The notes beneath the pieces are model-generated. The model was given only the letters and a program-made list of their open reading frames with translations. It did not search any database and was not told where the DNA came from. Source: Macrostomum hystrix (lineage: Eukaryota; Animalia; Platyhelminthes). Taken from it: 64,000 nt of DNA. A program made the translations under genes and the position numbers. Below are positions 1 through 18,403 of this stretch, in pieces (the stretch's first letter is position 1; the number at the start of each line of letters is the position of its first letter). The stretch is from contig CATNEN010000035.1 of the NCBI GenBank assembly GCA_950097015.1, positions 62,001-126,000 on the forward strand, in the 5' to 3' direction.

Positions 1-1
1 A

Positions 2-1897
2 ACGTTGCTCACCCTTGAACGGGCCTGCAACACAAAGCAAGAAGAACTCGAGGACAGAATGAAAGATGAAGCAAAAATCCAGCGGCTTGAAATCAGTCAG
101 TCTGCCAAGCATAAGCAGTGGGAGAAGCTGGCCCTTCAAAGAGCAAAAGACTTGGCTGAGACGATCACCAGTAGAGAGATCTCAGAAGACATAATCAGTC
201 AAGGTTTTGATAATATGTGGGAGACGATAATCAGCGAACTGCCTTCTGAACAGCCTCACAGCGGCGTCCCGATTTCAGAACAAATCGCTGCATTGCTGTC
301 CGACCTGTTCCACAAGGACGCTTCAATTCTAAAACACTCTCTGGAACAGAATCCTTTAAGCAATCAGCTTTCTGAGGATGATGTAGAGCCATTCTTATCC
401 GACTGCTTAGAAGAAGCGCGATTCGCAAACGACGCGGCCCCTGCTGCGAGAACCAAGACCTTCATAGCAGGCGCCAAGGTGTTCGAATCCGTCAAGCCGC
501 TTCTGCGGGACATTAGGAATCGAGACTCCGGGTTTTACGCTGCCGATGCAAGGAAGATTCTCAGCGAGGTCATTCGAGTTATCCGAGAAAAAAGAAGCGA
601 TCTATCAGCTGATGGCGTCAGCCTCACTGTGGCCTTTGAGATGAAAGTTGCAATCGGAGTCTGCCGACTGGCTATGCCCATCTTCACCAAAATTGACCAG
701 GCTTACAGACAGAAACTGAGCGTCAAGGCGCGACTTGCCGCACTGAAGGAAAAAATCTTTAACCTCTACAAGAACATGGTCGAATGCAAGACAGGAGAGA
801 AGATTGCTGCAGACTTTGTTGCGGATCACGTGGCCGAGTTGATTAAAGCTGCAGTCTTGGAGAGAATGACCGACAAACTAAAGGTCCACCTCAGGAACCA
901 GATTGGAAGGCACAAGTACTACCTGATTGTCATGATGCTTAGTGAGTGGGCTAATAAGGACGACTTCCAGTCGGTGATTTCCTACGTAAAGAACTCCAAG
1001 ACGGCAGCTCTCAACTGGCTCACTTCCTTTATTAACCGATTTCTCTTTACTCGAAATGAATCAAACAAGACTGCTTTTGCAGAAATTGTGGTGGCGGATG
1101 TCGCTGCATCGATATTTAAGAAGGCTTACGAATCGTGCGAAGAAGCGAGCAAAGCAATGAAGGGGATATCTGGTCATAAATGCCTGGCGCGCTGGAGCGA
1201 GGATTTTGGGAAGCTCATGTCCCGAGAGCTGGCCGTGAGGGCCGAGGATTTAGCTCCCATTTTCGGCAATCAAATCGGCAACTTTTCCGACTTTGCTGAA
1301 ACTCTGAAAGAAGGCCTGCGTGTCAAGAGTCGGCAGTTGACGGACTGGCTCGGCCAGATGGACGAGACCTTAGTTAAGTGGCAAGGCAGCGCTACTCTAT
1401 ATTCCGCTGTGCTTGAGTGCCTTTGGGGCTGCGACTCTCAATGTCCCTTCTGCAACGAGCCGTGCTCAAATGCAACAGCTGGGCATCATAATGTGGATGG
1501 CGTTTCGCACAAATGCATCCAGCACCGACCGACGTGTGCCTCGGGAATGCAGAACAGAATTACTCAACAGGCCGTCCCAAATACTTGCGGCTACTCTATT
1601 CAAGATCAGAACCGAAGCTTTTCTTGCACTGTATGTGTAAAGAACCGCGTGCATACGGATGAATGCAACCAATTTCGGGCGTATCATCCTTACAAAAACT
1701 ACAAGAAGTTCTTTCCAGCTTGGGACATTGCTCCTGATCCCGCGAATTCGAGTTCCAAATACTGGATGTGGTTTGTGTGGACCTTCAGAGAGCAACTAAA
1801 GGCAGAACACGGCTACAAGATTGACGAAATTCCAGAAGCATGGTCTGCTGTTACAAAGGAGGCCGCAGACAAGAGCCTACGAGATCTGCTTGATTAG
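2..1897 (+). CDS. Very large inducible GTPase (VLIG; GVIN1/URGCP family), C-terminal part; 5'-partial
   Basis: The frame is open from the window edge to TAG at 1897 (>630 aa, no introns). The C-terminus has the family hallmarks CPFCNEPC...H...H.C..HRP, a further Cys/His cluster, and YKKFFPAWDI.PD...SSKYWMWFV. Confidence 0.85.
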   Translation, partial: TLLTLERACNTKQEELEDRMKDEAKIQRLEISQSAKHKQWEKLALQRAKDLAETITSREISEDIISQGFDNMWETIISELPSEQPHSGVPISEQIAALLSDLFHKDASILKHSLEQNPLSNQLSEDDVEPFLSDCLEEARFANDAAPAARTKTFIAGAKVFESVKPLLRDIRNRDSGFYAADARKILSEVIRVIREKRSDLSADGVSLTVAFEMKVAIGVCRLAMPIFTKIDQAYRQKLSVKARLAALKEKIFNLYKNMVECKTGEKIAADFVADHVAELIKAAVLERMTDKLKVHLRNQIGRHKYYLIVMMLSEWANKDDFQSVISYVKNSKTAALNWLTSFINRFLFTRNESNKTAFAEIVVADVAASIFKKAYESCEEASKAMKGISGHKCLARWSEDFGKLMSRELAVRAEDLAPIFGNQIGNFSDFAETLKEGLRVKSRQLTDWLGQMDETLVKWQGSATLYSAVLECLWGCDSQCPFCNEPCSNATAGHHNVDGVSHKCIQHRPTCASGMQNRITQQAVPNTCGYSIQDQNRSFSCTVCVKNRVHTDECNQFRAYHPYKNYKKFFPAWDIAPDPANSSSKYWMWFVWTFREQLKAEHGYKIDEIPEAWSAVTKEAADKSLRDLLD

Positions 1898-2030
1898 GAC
1901 AATTTTTTACCACAAGAATTCGCAAATACGTCGTAGGCTTGCTGGAAAAAAGAACTAAGTTATGACTAAGATAGTAAGACTATCGATCCAGTAATGAATT
2001 ATTAAAGAATGACCACTGGGAGTATACGCA

Positions 2031-2374
2031 CGGAAAACTACGTTTCTTAGAAAAAGTTGAGGAGGCAGGTTTTTAGTCGAAAAATACACCTGGAGATTTC
2101 TGTCAAGCCTTATTTCATTTTCCTAACATGCCCTCCACTTTGTAAAAATATTATTAAACTAGTTTTTATCCTTAAGCCTTATTTATTATTGTACGTGTAG
2201 AGCCTAATAATATTATAAATATTAGGCTACACACCACAATATAGGCCAATATAGGCTAACTACCACAATTTAAAAGTAAAATGCGAAAATTCCCTATATC
2301 TTCAAAGTGTATTTTTGGCAAAAAACCTGCCTCTACGCTCGTATTATAACGTTTTCTAAGAAACGTAGCTTCCG
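2031..2374. mobile_element. MITE-like element with long imperfect terminal inverted repeats
   Basis: Left arm cggaaaactacgtttcttagaaaa..gaggcaggttttt..aaaaatacac is matched in inverse by right arm gtgtattttt..aaaaacctgcctc..ttttctaagaaacgtagcttccg. The interior is AT-rich and non-coding; no clear TSD. Confidence 0.55.
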
Positions 2375-2940
2375 GTACTTTTTGCTTATATGGTTGGTCC
2401 TTGGAACACAGGTGGTCTTTTTAATATCGTAAAAATTCGCGTATGCGAGTAAAACCGCTACTTGATTACATTTTCGATGTTTTTATTAATATTTTTTTAA
2501 TTACTGCTGGCTGGGACCAATAAATTAACAAAAATATGTCAATATATATTTACATGTCAATAAAATTTCGGTAAGCATACAATAGAAAACAGTTTTTTTA
2601 TTGTATTATTGTATCATGCTAGTTTCCGATCTTTCAGTATGTTGCTATCAATGCTACAGAAAAAATGGTTTAAGTCAATAAATTGAACCAATTGTTACTC
2701 TTAATTTAATCTGTTTGATTATCTACAGCTTACAGCAAAATTGTTTTTTGTTACTGTTGCTGTGCTCTTTTACCACTATATGCTAACTTTTCTAATGCGA
2801 CCTTTCTAATTAACGAATATATATTCTTTCCTTCAACAAAAAATTGCTTTCTACTGTTTGTCTCGTAAATCATCGAGATATTTCCAAAATTGAGCACGGA
2901 AATAAAGGGCCCACCGTGTTTCTTTTAGAAAGGTTAGGGA

Positions 2941-3310
2941 GGGTGAGTGGCAGAGCAATTAACGCGGTTCTCTCGCACCAAAGTCGCTGAGCTCGATTCC
3001 ACGGCGAGTCCATAATCATTTGGGGCGCAGCCGCGGAGAGAAGGCTTGGAGTTTTGTCCCCTGCTATTTACGCCATCGAGGTGCTAGCCTCCTAGTCACA
3101 GTGAGAGTGTACTCTGCCTGACGATGAGAAAGTCAGGGCAGGTGCACACACCTGTGTGAATGTGTTCCTGTGTACAGTCTCTGTGAGCCTGTGTGCTCAG
3201 GATATAGCGGAACGGGCAGAATTGCCTCCTCACTGGCTGCGGGTCTAGTGTCACCGACTTATGTGCCATTGCCCGCAGCCCTCCTGCAATTATTATTATT
3301 ATCATTACTA
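2941..3310 (+). mobile_element. tRNA-derived SINE family 1, full-length copy
   Basis: tRNA-like head with A box (TGGCAGAGCAA) and B box (GAGCTCGATTCC), a body shared with four other copies in the window, and a (TTA)n tail. Confidence 0.8.
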
Positions 3311-3864
3311 CTATTGTACGAAGGGTTTAGTGCTACTGTTGCAAGTCTCAACAACAGCTTCGCTCCGAAGTAGAGTGGGTTATGCACTCGCATCTGCCTT
3401 AAACTCTGGTAAGACGACTTGCATTAAGCTTGCAAGATTAATCCCATAATTTCCCTGCCAATCGACAGTTACCTTTTGAAATTAAAGTGACCGAAGCACA
3501 GAGTCAGCACTTCCACTTATTTATTATTGGCAATTCTATATTTTCTATCCATCGCAATGTCGCTCATTTTATAACTTCCGAGCCAAGCAGGGGTTCGCAT
3601 TTTAGTAAACACTTGCATTCGATGACAGAAAATGCTACTATTTAGTAGAAACGATTGTATTTCTACGTTCAATTTTATTTTCGCCAAAGCCAACGGGGTC
3701 TGCTACTCGCATTTATTGGCTACTTAAAGGAGAAGTCCCTGATTGGATGCAATGAGACAGCCACACTCAGAGAGCTTCCTTTGCCTTTGAGCGCGGGTCG
3801 ATTCGAAAGGCTAAGAGAACCAGCGAACTCATAAAGTGACAAACAGAATTGATTGAACCGAACA

Positions 3865-10267
<6,403 letters not shown>

Positions 10268-10844
10268 GCTGAATTTCAATTGATCAAATTTTTGTACTTT
10301 TAGCAAACTTTGAATCTTTTTTTGGAACTTAAAAACTCTATCGAGTTTTCGACATTAACTAAAGCAGATAGATAGACACAAGCAATGAAGAGAGGAGCGT
10401 CTCACTTAGGGTACAAAATTGTTCTCAAAATTCCGCGATTCAAACTCCACACTTCTTCTCAGATTTTTTTTGTAAATAAAAATCGATTGAAATTTATCGA
10501 ATGAGTCACTAAAGATAGGTTATTAAAAGCCTCTATTTTGAGCACAATTATGTACTTGTCTCCTGTGTACATTTTTCGCTACATTGGGATTCATTTATAG
10601 AAAATTCAATTCATCTTTGCTGTGCTCAAAATCAATAATCGTGCTCATTTATGCCAAATAACAGTGCAAACAATCAAGCAACCCAATTGTGAATCTTTGA
10701 CTGATTGCAACAAGCAGTAATTTCCTGTGGGATGAGCACTCCCTCCTATGACTGCCCTATGGATGGGGCGAACGAATTCTGGGGGCTAGAAATATTATTT
10801 TTAGAAATTTTTCTAAAAAGCGAGAAATTTTGGGTCCTGTCAGT

Positions 10845-12570
10845 AGAGATATGAGATAGGTGAGAGATGAGACAGGTGAGAGATGAGATAGGTGAGAGAT
10901 GAGATAGGGGAGAGATGAGACAGGGGAGAGATGAGACAGGGGAGAGATGAGATAGGTGAGAGATGAGACAGTGGAGTGATGAGACAGGTGAGAGATGAGA
11001 CAGGTGAGAGATGAGATAGGTGAGAGATGAGATAGGGGAGAGATGAGACAGGGGAGAGATGAGACAGGGGAGAGATGAGATAGGTGAGAGATGAGACAGG
11101 GGAGAGATGAGACAGGTGAGAGATGAGACAGGTGAGAGATGAGACAGGGGAGAGATGAGACAGGTGAGAGATGAGACAGGGGAGAGATGAGACAGGTGAG
11201 AGATGAGATAGGGGAGAGATGAGACAGGTGAGAGATGAGACAGGTGAGAGATGAGACAGGGGAGAGATGAGACAGGTGAGAGATGAGATAGGGGAGAGAT
11301 GAGACAGGTGAGAGATGAGACAGGTGAGAGATGAGACAGGTGAGAGATGAGACAGGTGAGAGTTGAGATAGGGGAGAGATGAGACAGGGGAGAGATGAAA
11401 CAGGGGAGAGATGAGATAGGGAAGAGATGAGACAGGGGAGAGATGAGACAGGGGAGAGATGAGGCAGGGGAGAGATGAGACAGGGGAGAGATGAAACAGG
11501 GGAGAGATGAGACAGGGGAGAGATGAAACAGGGGAGAGATGAGATAGGGGAGAGATGAGACAGGGGAGAGATGAGACAGGGGAGAGATGAGATAGGTGAG
11601 AGATGAGACAGGGGAGAGATAATACAGGTGAGAGATGAGATAGGGGAGAGATGAGACAGGGGAAAGATGAGACAGGGGAGAGATGAGATAGGTGAGAGAT
11701 GAGACAGGGGAGAGATGAGACAGGGGAGAGATGAGATAGGTGAGAGATGAGACAGGGGAGAGATAATACAGGTGAGAGATGAGATAGGGGAGAGATGAGA
11801 CAGGTGAGAGATGAGATAGGGGAGAGATGAGACAGGTGAGAGATGAGACAGGTGAGAGATGAGACAGGGGAGAGATGAGACAGGTGAGAGATGAGATAGG
11901 GGAGAGATGAGACAGGTGAGAGATGAGACAGGTGAGAGATGAGACAGGTGAGAGATGAGACAGGTGAGAGATGAGATAGGGGAGAGATGAGACAGGGGAG
12001 AGATGAGACAGGGGAGAGATGAGGCAGGGGAGAGATGAGACAGGGGAGAGATGAAACAGGGGAGAGATGAGACAGGGGAGAGATGAAACAGGGGAGAGAT
12101 GAGATAGGGGAGAGATGAGACAGGGGAGAGATGAGACAGGGGAGAGATGAGATAGGTGAGAGATGAGACAGGGGAGAGATAATACAGGTGAGAGATGAGA
12201 TAGGGGAGAGATGAGACAGGGGAAAGATGAGACAGGGGAGAGATGAGACAGGTGAGAGATGAGACAGGGGAGAGATGAGACAGGTGAGAGATGAGACAGG
12301 GGAGAGATGAGATAGGTGAGAGATGAGACAGGGGAGAGATGAGACAGGGGAGAGATGAGACAGGTGAGAGATGAGACAGGGGAGAGATGAGACAGGGGAG
12401 AGATGAGACAGGGGAGAGATGAAACAGGGGAGAGATGAGACAGGGGAGAGATGAAACAGGGGAGAGATGAGACAGGGGAGAGATGAAACAGGGGAGAGAT
12501 GAGACAGGGGAGAGATGAAACAGGGGAGAGATGAGACAGGGGAGAGATGAAACAGGGGAGAGATGAGACA
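10845..12570. repeat. 16-bp minisatellite (GAGAGATGAGACAGGG)n
   Basis: About 108 units; direct reading. Confidence 0.97.
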
Positions 12571-12679
12571 GTGAATAATTCCAGATATTCTCAAGGCTCA
12601 AGACCCGTCTCTTGTACACAAGTATCAATTAAGTGATCTTAGACGAATCTCTGCATGTTTGTGTCGATTATGTTGACAA

Positions 12680-13450
12680 TCTCTCCCCATCTCATCTATC
12701 CCAATCTTATCTCTCCCCATCTCATCTATCCCAATCTTATCTCTCCCCATCTCATCTATCCCAATCTTATCTCTCCCCATCTCATCTATCCCAATCTTAT
12801 TTCTCCCCCATCTCATCTCTCCCCATCTAATCTCTCCCCATCTTATCTCTCCCCATCTCATCTATCCCCATCTTATCTCTCCCCATCTCATCTATCCCAA
12901 TCTTATCTCTCCCCATCTCATCTATCCCCATCTCATCTCTCCCCATCTCATCCCTCCCCATCTCATCTATCTCCATCTAATCCCTCCCCATCTCATCTAT
13001 CTCCATCTAATCTCTCCCCATCTTATCTCTCCCCATCTTATCTCTCCCCATCTAATCTATCCCCATCTTATCTCTCCCCATCTCATCTATCCCAATCTTA
13101 TCTCTCCCCAATCTCATCTATCCCCATCTAATCTCTCCCCATCTAATCTCTCCCCATCTAATCTCTCCCCATCTAATCTCTCCCCATCTAATCTCTCCCC
13201 ATCTTATCTCTCCCCATCTCATCTATCCCCATCTAATCTCTCCCCATCTAATCTCTCCCCATCTAATCTCTCCCCATCTTATCTCTCCCCATCTCATCTA
13301 TCCCCATCTTATCTCTCCCCATCTCATCTCTCCCCATCTCATCTCTCCCCATCTCATCTCTCCCCATCTCATCTATCCCCATCTAATCTCTCTCCATCTC
13401 ATCTCTCCCCATCTCATCTCTCCCCATCTAATCTCTCCCCATCTTATCTC
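12680..13450. repeat. 15-bp minisatellite (CCCCATCTCATCTCT)n
   Basis: Direct reading; approximately the reverse complement of the neighbouring 16-bp array unit. Confidence 0.95.
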
Positions 13451-14215
13451 TATCGTATCTCATCTCGTGATATCTCTATCTGATTCCTCTGTCCCCTATC
13501 TCACCACTTTGTTGTCTTATCTTATCTATGTCAAACCCTCACACAGACAAACTAGCATATTCCATACAAATATACGAGTACATAGTACTCGCAAAAGTGC
13601 TTCTGCTATATTTTTGGTGCTTTTTAGAAGCCTTTTTTAGAACAGCATTACATGTAATCATTTCATTACAGTAATGAAAATGAAGAACGTTTTCGCATTT
13701 AAGTCAGGAACTTAAAAATAATTTTTCGAAGCCGGTAAAAACTATTATCGACACGAATTTTCTATTAGCGATTTCGTTATGAAAATTCATCCCACAAAGT
13801 CGTTTTGTGTTTGATTTCGATTAAACAGGCTCAGTAGTAAAGTGCGGTAGAAAAAAAGAACTTAACCTAAAGTCTAAGGTACGAGTACATTGTACAATAA
13901 TGGGCACTCGTTGAGCACACTGAGTACCTTCTATACACTGAGTCAGTCAATATTGAACTAGAGTGTACACCTGAATGAGGCTAGAGCTGTACACATTTTT
14001 CCTTCCCAATCGGGGACAGTATTTTCCTTTCCCGTATTCGGGTTAGGGTTGTATTCGGGTTGCCATGGCAGCAGTTGGGTGGGTGCGTAGAGCAGCAGGA
14101 AGACCTACAGCGGTGGGGAATAGTGCAAGGCTAATAAATGCTCAGAATTATATTCTCGATCTTGCCTTGACTCGCATCATTCTAAACGGCAGAATATCAG
14201 ACAGGCTTGGCAGCA

Positions 14216-16099
14216 ATGAGCATCGGGCCAGCACCACCACCGTATCCTGGACCTGATCTGCAGCAGCAGCTGAATTGGTTGCAACCGTTGGACTCAACAG
14301 AAGGTCGAAATGGACTGGAGTACCTACTGCCCTTAGACACTGTCCTACTGAAAATTAAGAAGGATTTTATGTCTAGTGAGTACCTGAAATATCTTTGCTG
14401 AGGCATAAGCATAAAGCTATGCCTGCAGGCTGCAAGCAATTGAAAATGCTATTCGCGCACAAATTTCAGATTTGATGGGAATTCCCGTGCCAAACTCTTA
14501 CTCGCTGACCACGTTAAACGATGAGCAGATTTTCCATCTAACTGAAAGTGAGCCTTCTCACCTCTGCTTAACTTTTATTTCAGTGAAAAAATTATCAAAA
14601 GTGATAAAATTATCGAAACCTTTACTCATAAGCATCAAGTTCGCCCCTAACTTCTATCGGCACTACAAAGAGCATTAAACGGAGCCGTTGCGGCTTCTAG
14701 ACATTCAACAGGTGGTATCATAGTCGCAACAGAAGATGTATACCGAACTCAATCTTAGCATTAGATTAAAATTAAAGTGTAAAATTATGCACACAAATCC
14801 CTAACCACAGACTCCAACGGATACGAAAGTCGCAGCGCTTGCCGACCGCAACGTGGCTTCATAGTCGGCGCTGTGAATGCCAACGGCAGAGAGGTCGCGG
14901 TGTTCAACAGGAAGACGAAGTCCAGCGAATGTATAGGCTGCTGCGCGTGCGGCGAGAGCTGCATGGACGACATGACAGTGGAGTCACCTCCTGGTCACAC
15001 AGTGGGTCGGGTCAAGCAGGTGTACAACTGCAGCACCAGCCGGTTCGTCATTCACGACTCTAACGGAGAGGCTGTGTTCCGCATCGATGGCATAAGTTTC
15101 TGCCTCTGCTGCGTGACGGGCGTCAAGAACATGCAGTTTTCTTTGGTGGCAGCTGACGGCACCGGGGTCGAGGTTGCGTCGATAAGTAAGAATTTCTACG
15201 CGGACACCGTCCAACAGTTGATGACCCCGGGAGCGGACACCATAGTCATCAAAATGCCGAGGGATATGCACTTGGACATGAAGATTGCGATCATCGGCGT
15301 CGCAATTTTGTTTGTAAGTACTTGATCCGGATGACTCATTCGCGACAGCCTCGCCATAGAGTGTGCACTTTCAGGTGTGATCGAATGAGGCAGATTCGCC
15401 AGACCAGTAGCAAGAAATATATATTATTTATCCTTCAGGTACCCTCTGTAGTAAAGTTCGGCCTAGGTCATCCTACTGCAAAATATTCCAAAACAAACAA
15501 AGCAAACATAACTTCTGAAAACTGAAGGTATCCATGCTTCAAGTAGTAGCACTTGAACGTGCTAGTGCTAGTCAAGAAGTCCTTGGGCTAGTCAATTCTT
15601 ATAGAATGGCTTTCAATCGCAATGTTCAGACACCACTTTACCTGAACGTATATACACGTTTTGCAATCTGCAGGACTTTACCTTCTTCGACATTCCGTTG
15701 GGCAACGGAGGCAGCAGCAACATTCAAAATCGTCAAATTATTCAACTTCAAACGGCAATGGCACTGCAGCAAGGTCGCCAAATGCAGCAGATGCAAACGC
15801 AGATGGGGTTTCAGCAGCAGCCTATGCAACCCTACGGTCAGCCGATGCAAGGAATGGGCATGCCGATGAACCAGCAAACGCAGATGGGGTTTCAGCAGCA
15901 GCCTATGCAACCCTACGGTCAGCCGATGCAAGGAATGGGCATGCCGATGAACCAGCAAACGCAGATGGGGTTTCAGCAGCAGCCTATGCAACCCTACGGT
16001 CAGCCGGAACCAAACCAGAACACTCCAGCTGCAGTTCAGCAACAGCAGCAGCAGCAACAGCAGCAGCACCAACCCAATGAGCAACAGGAGCAGAAGTAG
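14216..16099 (+). CDS. Phospholipid scramblase (PLSCR family) A, 388 aa, with C-terminal Q/P/M-rich tail
   Basis: join(14216..14375,14470..14547,14811..15313,15674..16099), 1167 nt, GT-AG, in phase. Motifs GLEYLLPLD, NSY.L....EQIF, Cys cluster CIGCCAC, ESPPG..VGRVKQ, ISK, GADT..I.MPRD and LF|DFTFFD. Confidence 0.88.
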
Positions 16100-17294
16100 A
16101 AATGGCTACTAAAGCTTAGAAGTAGCCATTGAAATAGATGAAAAAGAGTTTTTTTCAAACATATATTTCCTACACTTAGGAAAGTGAAACCAGTTTTTGT
16201 TCTTTATGTCGGATTGCTCTAATGTACGAGTATTACATATCCTTTAATATTTGATAATTTGATAATTTGAGCATGACAACTCAGACAATTCTACAATGCC
16301 AACTATACACTGGACTAGCTGCAGAATGTTAGCTAACTGTGATTGAACCCATTCTTTTGTTGCTAAGCGGATGGTTATGTGGACCTAAATTTTGAGACTA
16401 CTATAGTCAAGTCGCTGCTATAGCTATTACAGAATCTGCAAAGCCAAACAGGATGATCAGTTTTTCTTCAAGACAGAGTACTCACTGTAAACTTTTGTAG
16501 GGTAATACTTAATGCATTCGTATTTTATTCCGAACATCAGTTTTTTATTTTAAACAAATCATCTGTCCGATCAAATCGAGAATATATTTGTTCTCTGCTT
16601 TCTTCGCAGATTGACTATCACATATTTGTTTATTTATTTCATATAGAAAAGTACGAAATAAAATAACAAGCTTTGTTTGAAGTCAAACGATTCAGCAATG
16701 CATTGAATTTCCGGTGATTGAAAAGTAAATTCTTTATTGTACTTTGTAGCCTCCAACAGGCCCTCACCAGGGCACAGTGCAATTCCAACAAGATGTGTGT
16801 GGATGCCAGTAAACATCACGTGATCCAGGGCATGAAGCTAAAAATAGAACCGTGCTTAGCTAAAATCAGCACGGGCTTCGTAAATGCCTCGAGTGCGAGC
16901 GTATGCCTTTTACTAGCATTCCGTCCATTCATTTTCTACCCCTCGTCTCGCTCTGATTGGCTGCAAACTGACCCTACGGAATGCAGTCGGTTAGCAAGGG
17001 CAGTTTACTAACCTCAATTATGTCAATCAAACCGACTGCATGGGAAATATTTTCGGTGCCCTTATCCATATTTACTATTTTATTGGAGGCAAAAACAAAT
17101 ATAAAAATAACAAAGAAAACTAAAACTAAAACTGGTATAAAATGCACCTCTTAACTCCACCAATTGAACCTCTTCGGGTAATTCCATTGAGAAGAAAGGC
17201 AAACTTATTGTGGAATTGCAAATCGCAACGAATAACCTGAGTCGCCTGGGCCGTAACGCCTGGAGCTATTTCTCATGACCAGCATCACAGGGCG

Positions 17295-18344
17295 ATGGAA
17301 CACCTGCTGCATTTAGACACCCCGCTTCTGCAGCAAAAGAAAGACATTAGTTCAGGTAAGATGATTCACTTCAATATTTCTAATTTTGTATCTAGAGACC
17401 TCTCTTAAAGTAAAAAACGTACATTATGTATGAATTTTACCCATTTTAATACACCTTGTATAACTATTTAATTTCAGTTCTAACAGGTGCTTCTCTACCG
17501 AACTCGTACGCACTGAAAGCGCCGAACGGTGAACAGATCTTCTTTTTGGAAGAGAGTGAGTAATGACGCTTAGTATCAATAAACTTACCTGACGATGAGA
17601 AAGTCAGGCCAGATGTACACACCTGTGTGAGCGTGTGCCTGCGTACGGTATCTGTGTGCGTGTGTGCTCAAGAGTCAGCGGAATGGGCAGAATTGCCTCC
17701 TCGCTGGTTGCGGGTCTAGTGTCACCAAATGTGCCATTTCTCCCCAGCCCTCCAGAAATTATTGTTGTTATTATTACTGTGCTAGTACTACTACTAAGTC
17801 TACTACTAGTCTACCTTATAGTTGAGCCTCAGAGACCCTGTCCTATCAAAGCGGCTGCCTGTGCCAACCGCAAAGAGGCTTCACAATTTCCGCTGTCGAC
17901 TCTGTTGGTCAAGAGGTCGCCAGGTTTGTTCGGCGTGACCGGCCCTGCAAATGTGTCTTCTGCTGCCCCTGTACCGACTCTTGCCAGGATGACATTCGTA
18001 TCGAGTCGCCACCAGGCCGCGTGGTCGGTCGAATCAGACAGTCAGCTGACCCGGTTGGCTGCAATCAGGTCGGCTATCAACTGCTCGACGCCGACGGCGG
18101 CGCGATCTTTCGCGTCGACAACTTGAAGATGGTCTACTGCTGCTTGAACGGCCGCAGCTTGGACTTCTCGGTCTAGCCAGCTGATGGCGCCACTGGTGAG
18201 CCGGTCGCCCGCATCTCTAAACAGTTCAACGCCAACGCCCTCAACCGGCTCCTGGTGCCCGGAGCTGACACCTTCACCGTCAACATGCCGAGGGACCTTC
18301 ACCAGAACATGAAGCTAACCTTGGTTGGCGTCTGCGTTCTCCTG
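17295..18344 (+). pseudogene. Disrupted phospholipid scramblase paralog B
   Basis: Exons about 17295..17355, 17478..17555 (78 nt, same size as in paralog A) and 17833..18344. There is a 1-nt frameshift in exon 1 (gacacccgcttctg) and an in-frame TAG at 18174-18176 (FSV*PADG versus FSLVAADG). No DFxFF terminal exon was found. Confidence 0.75.
17588..17800 (+). mobile_element. SINE family 1, 5'-truncated copy in scramblase B intron
   Basis: Starts at cctgacgatgagaaagtc and ends in a TTA/CTA-rich tail. Confidence 0.8.
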
Positions 18345-18403
18345 GTGAGGCTGCTTTTATTGATTCATTTAACTGTGCCTGCAATAAATCATGTTTATAA
18401 GAG

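Noticed and set aside
3224-3285. Circularly permuted HDV ribozyme using downstream GCCCGCA as P1
   Set aside because: That strand overlaps or directly abuts the P2 3' strand, leaving no linker to reach the active site. A simple 9-bp hairpin explains the complementarity.
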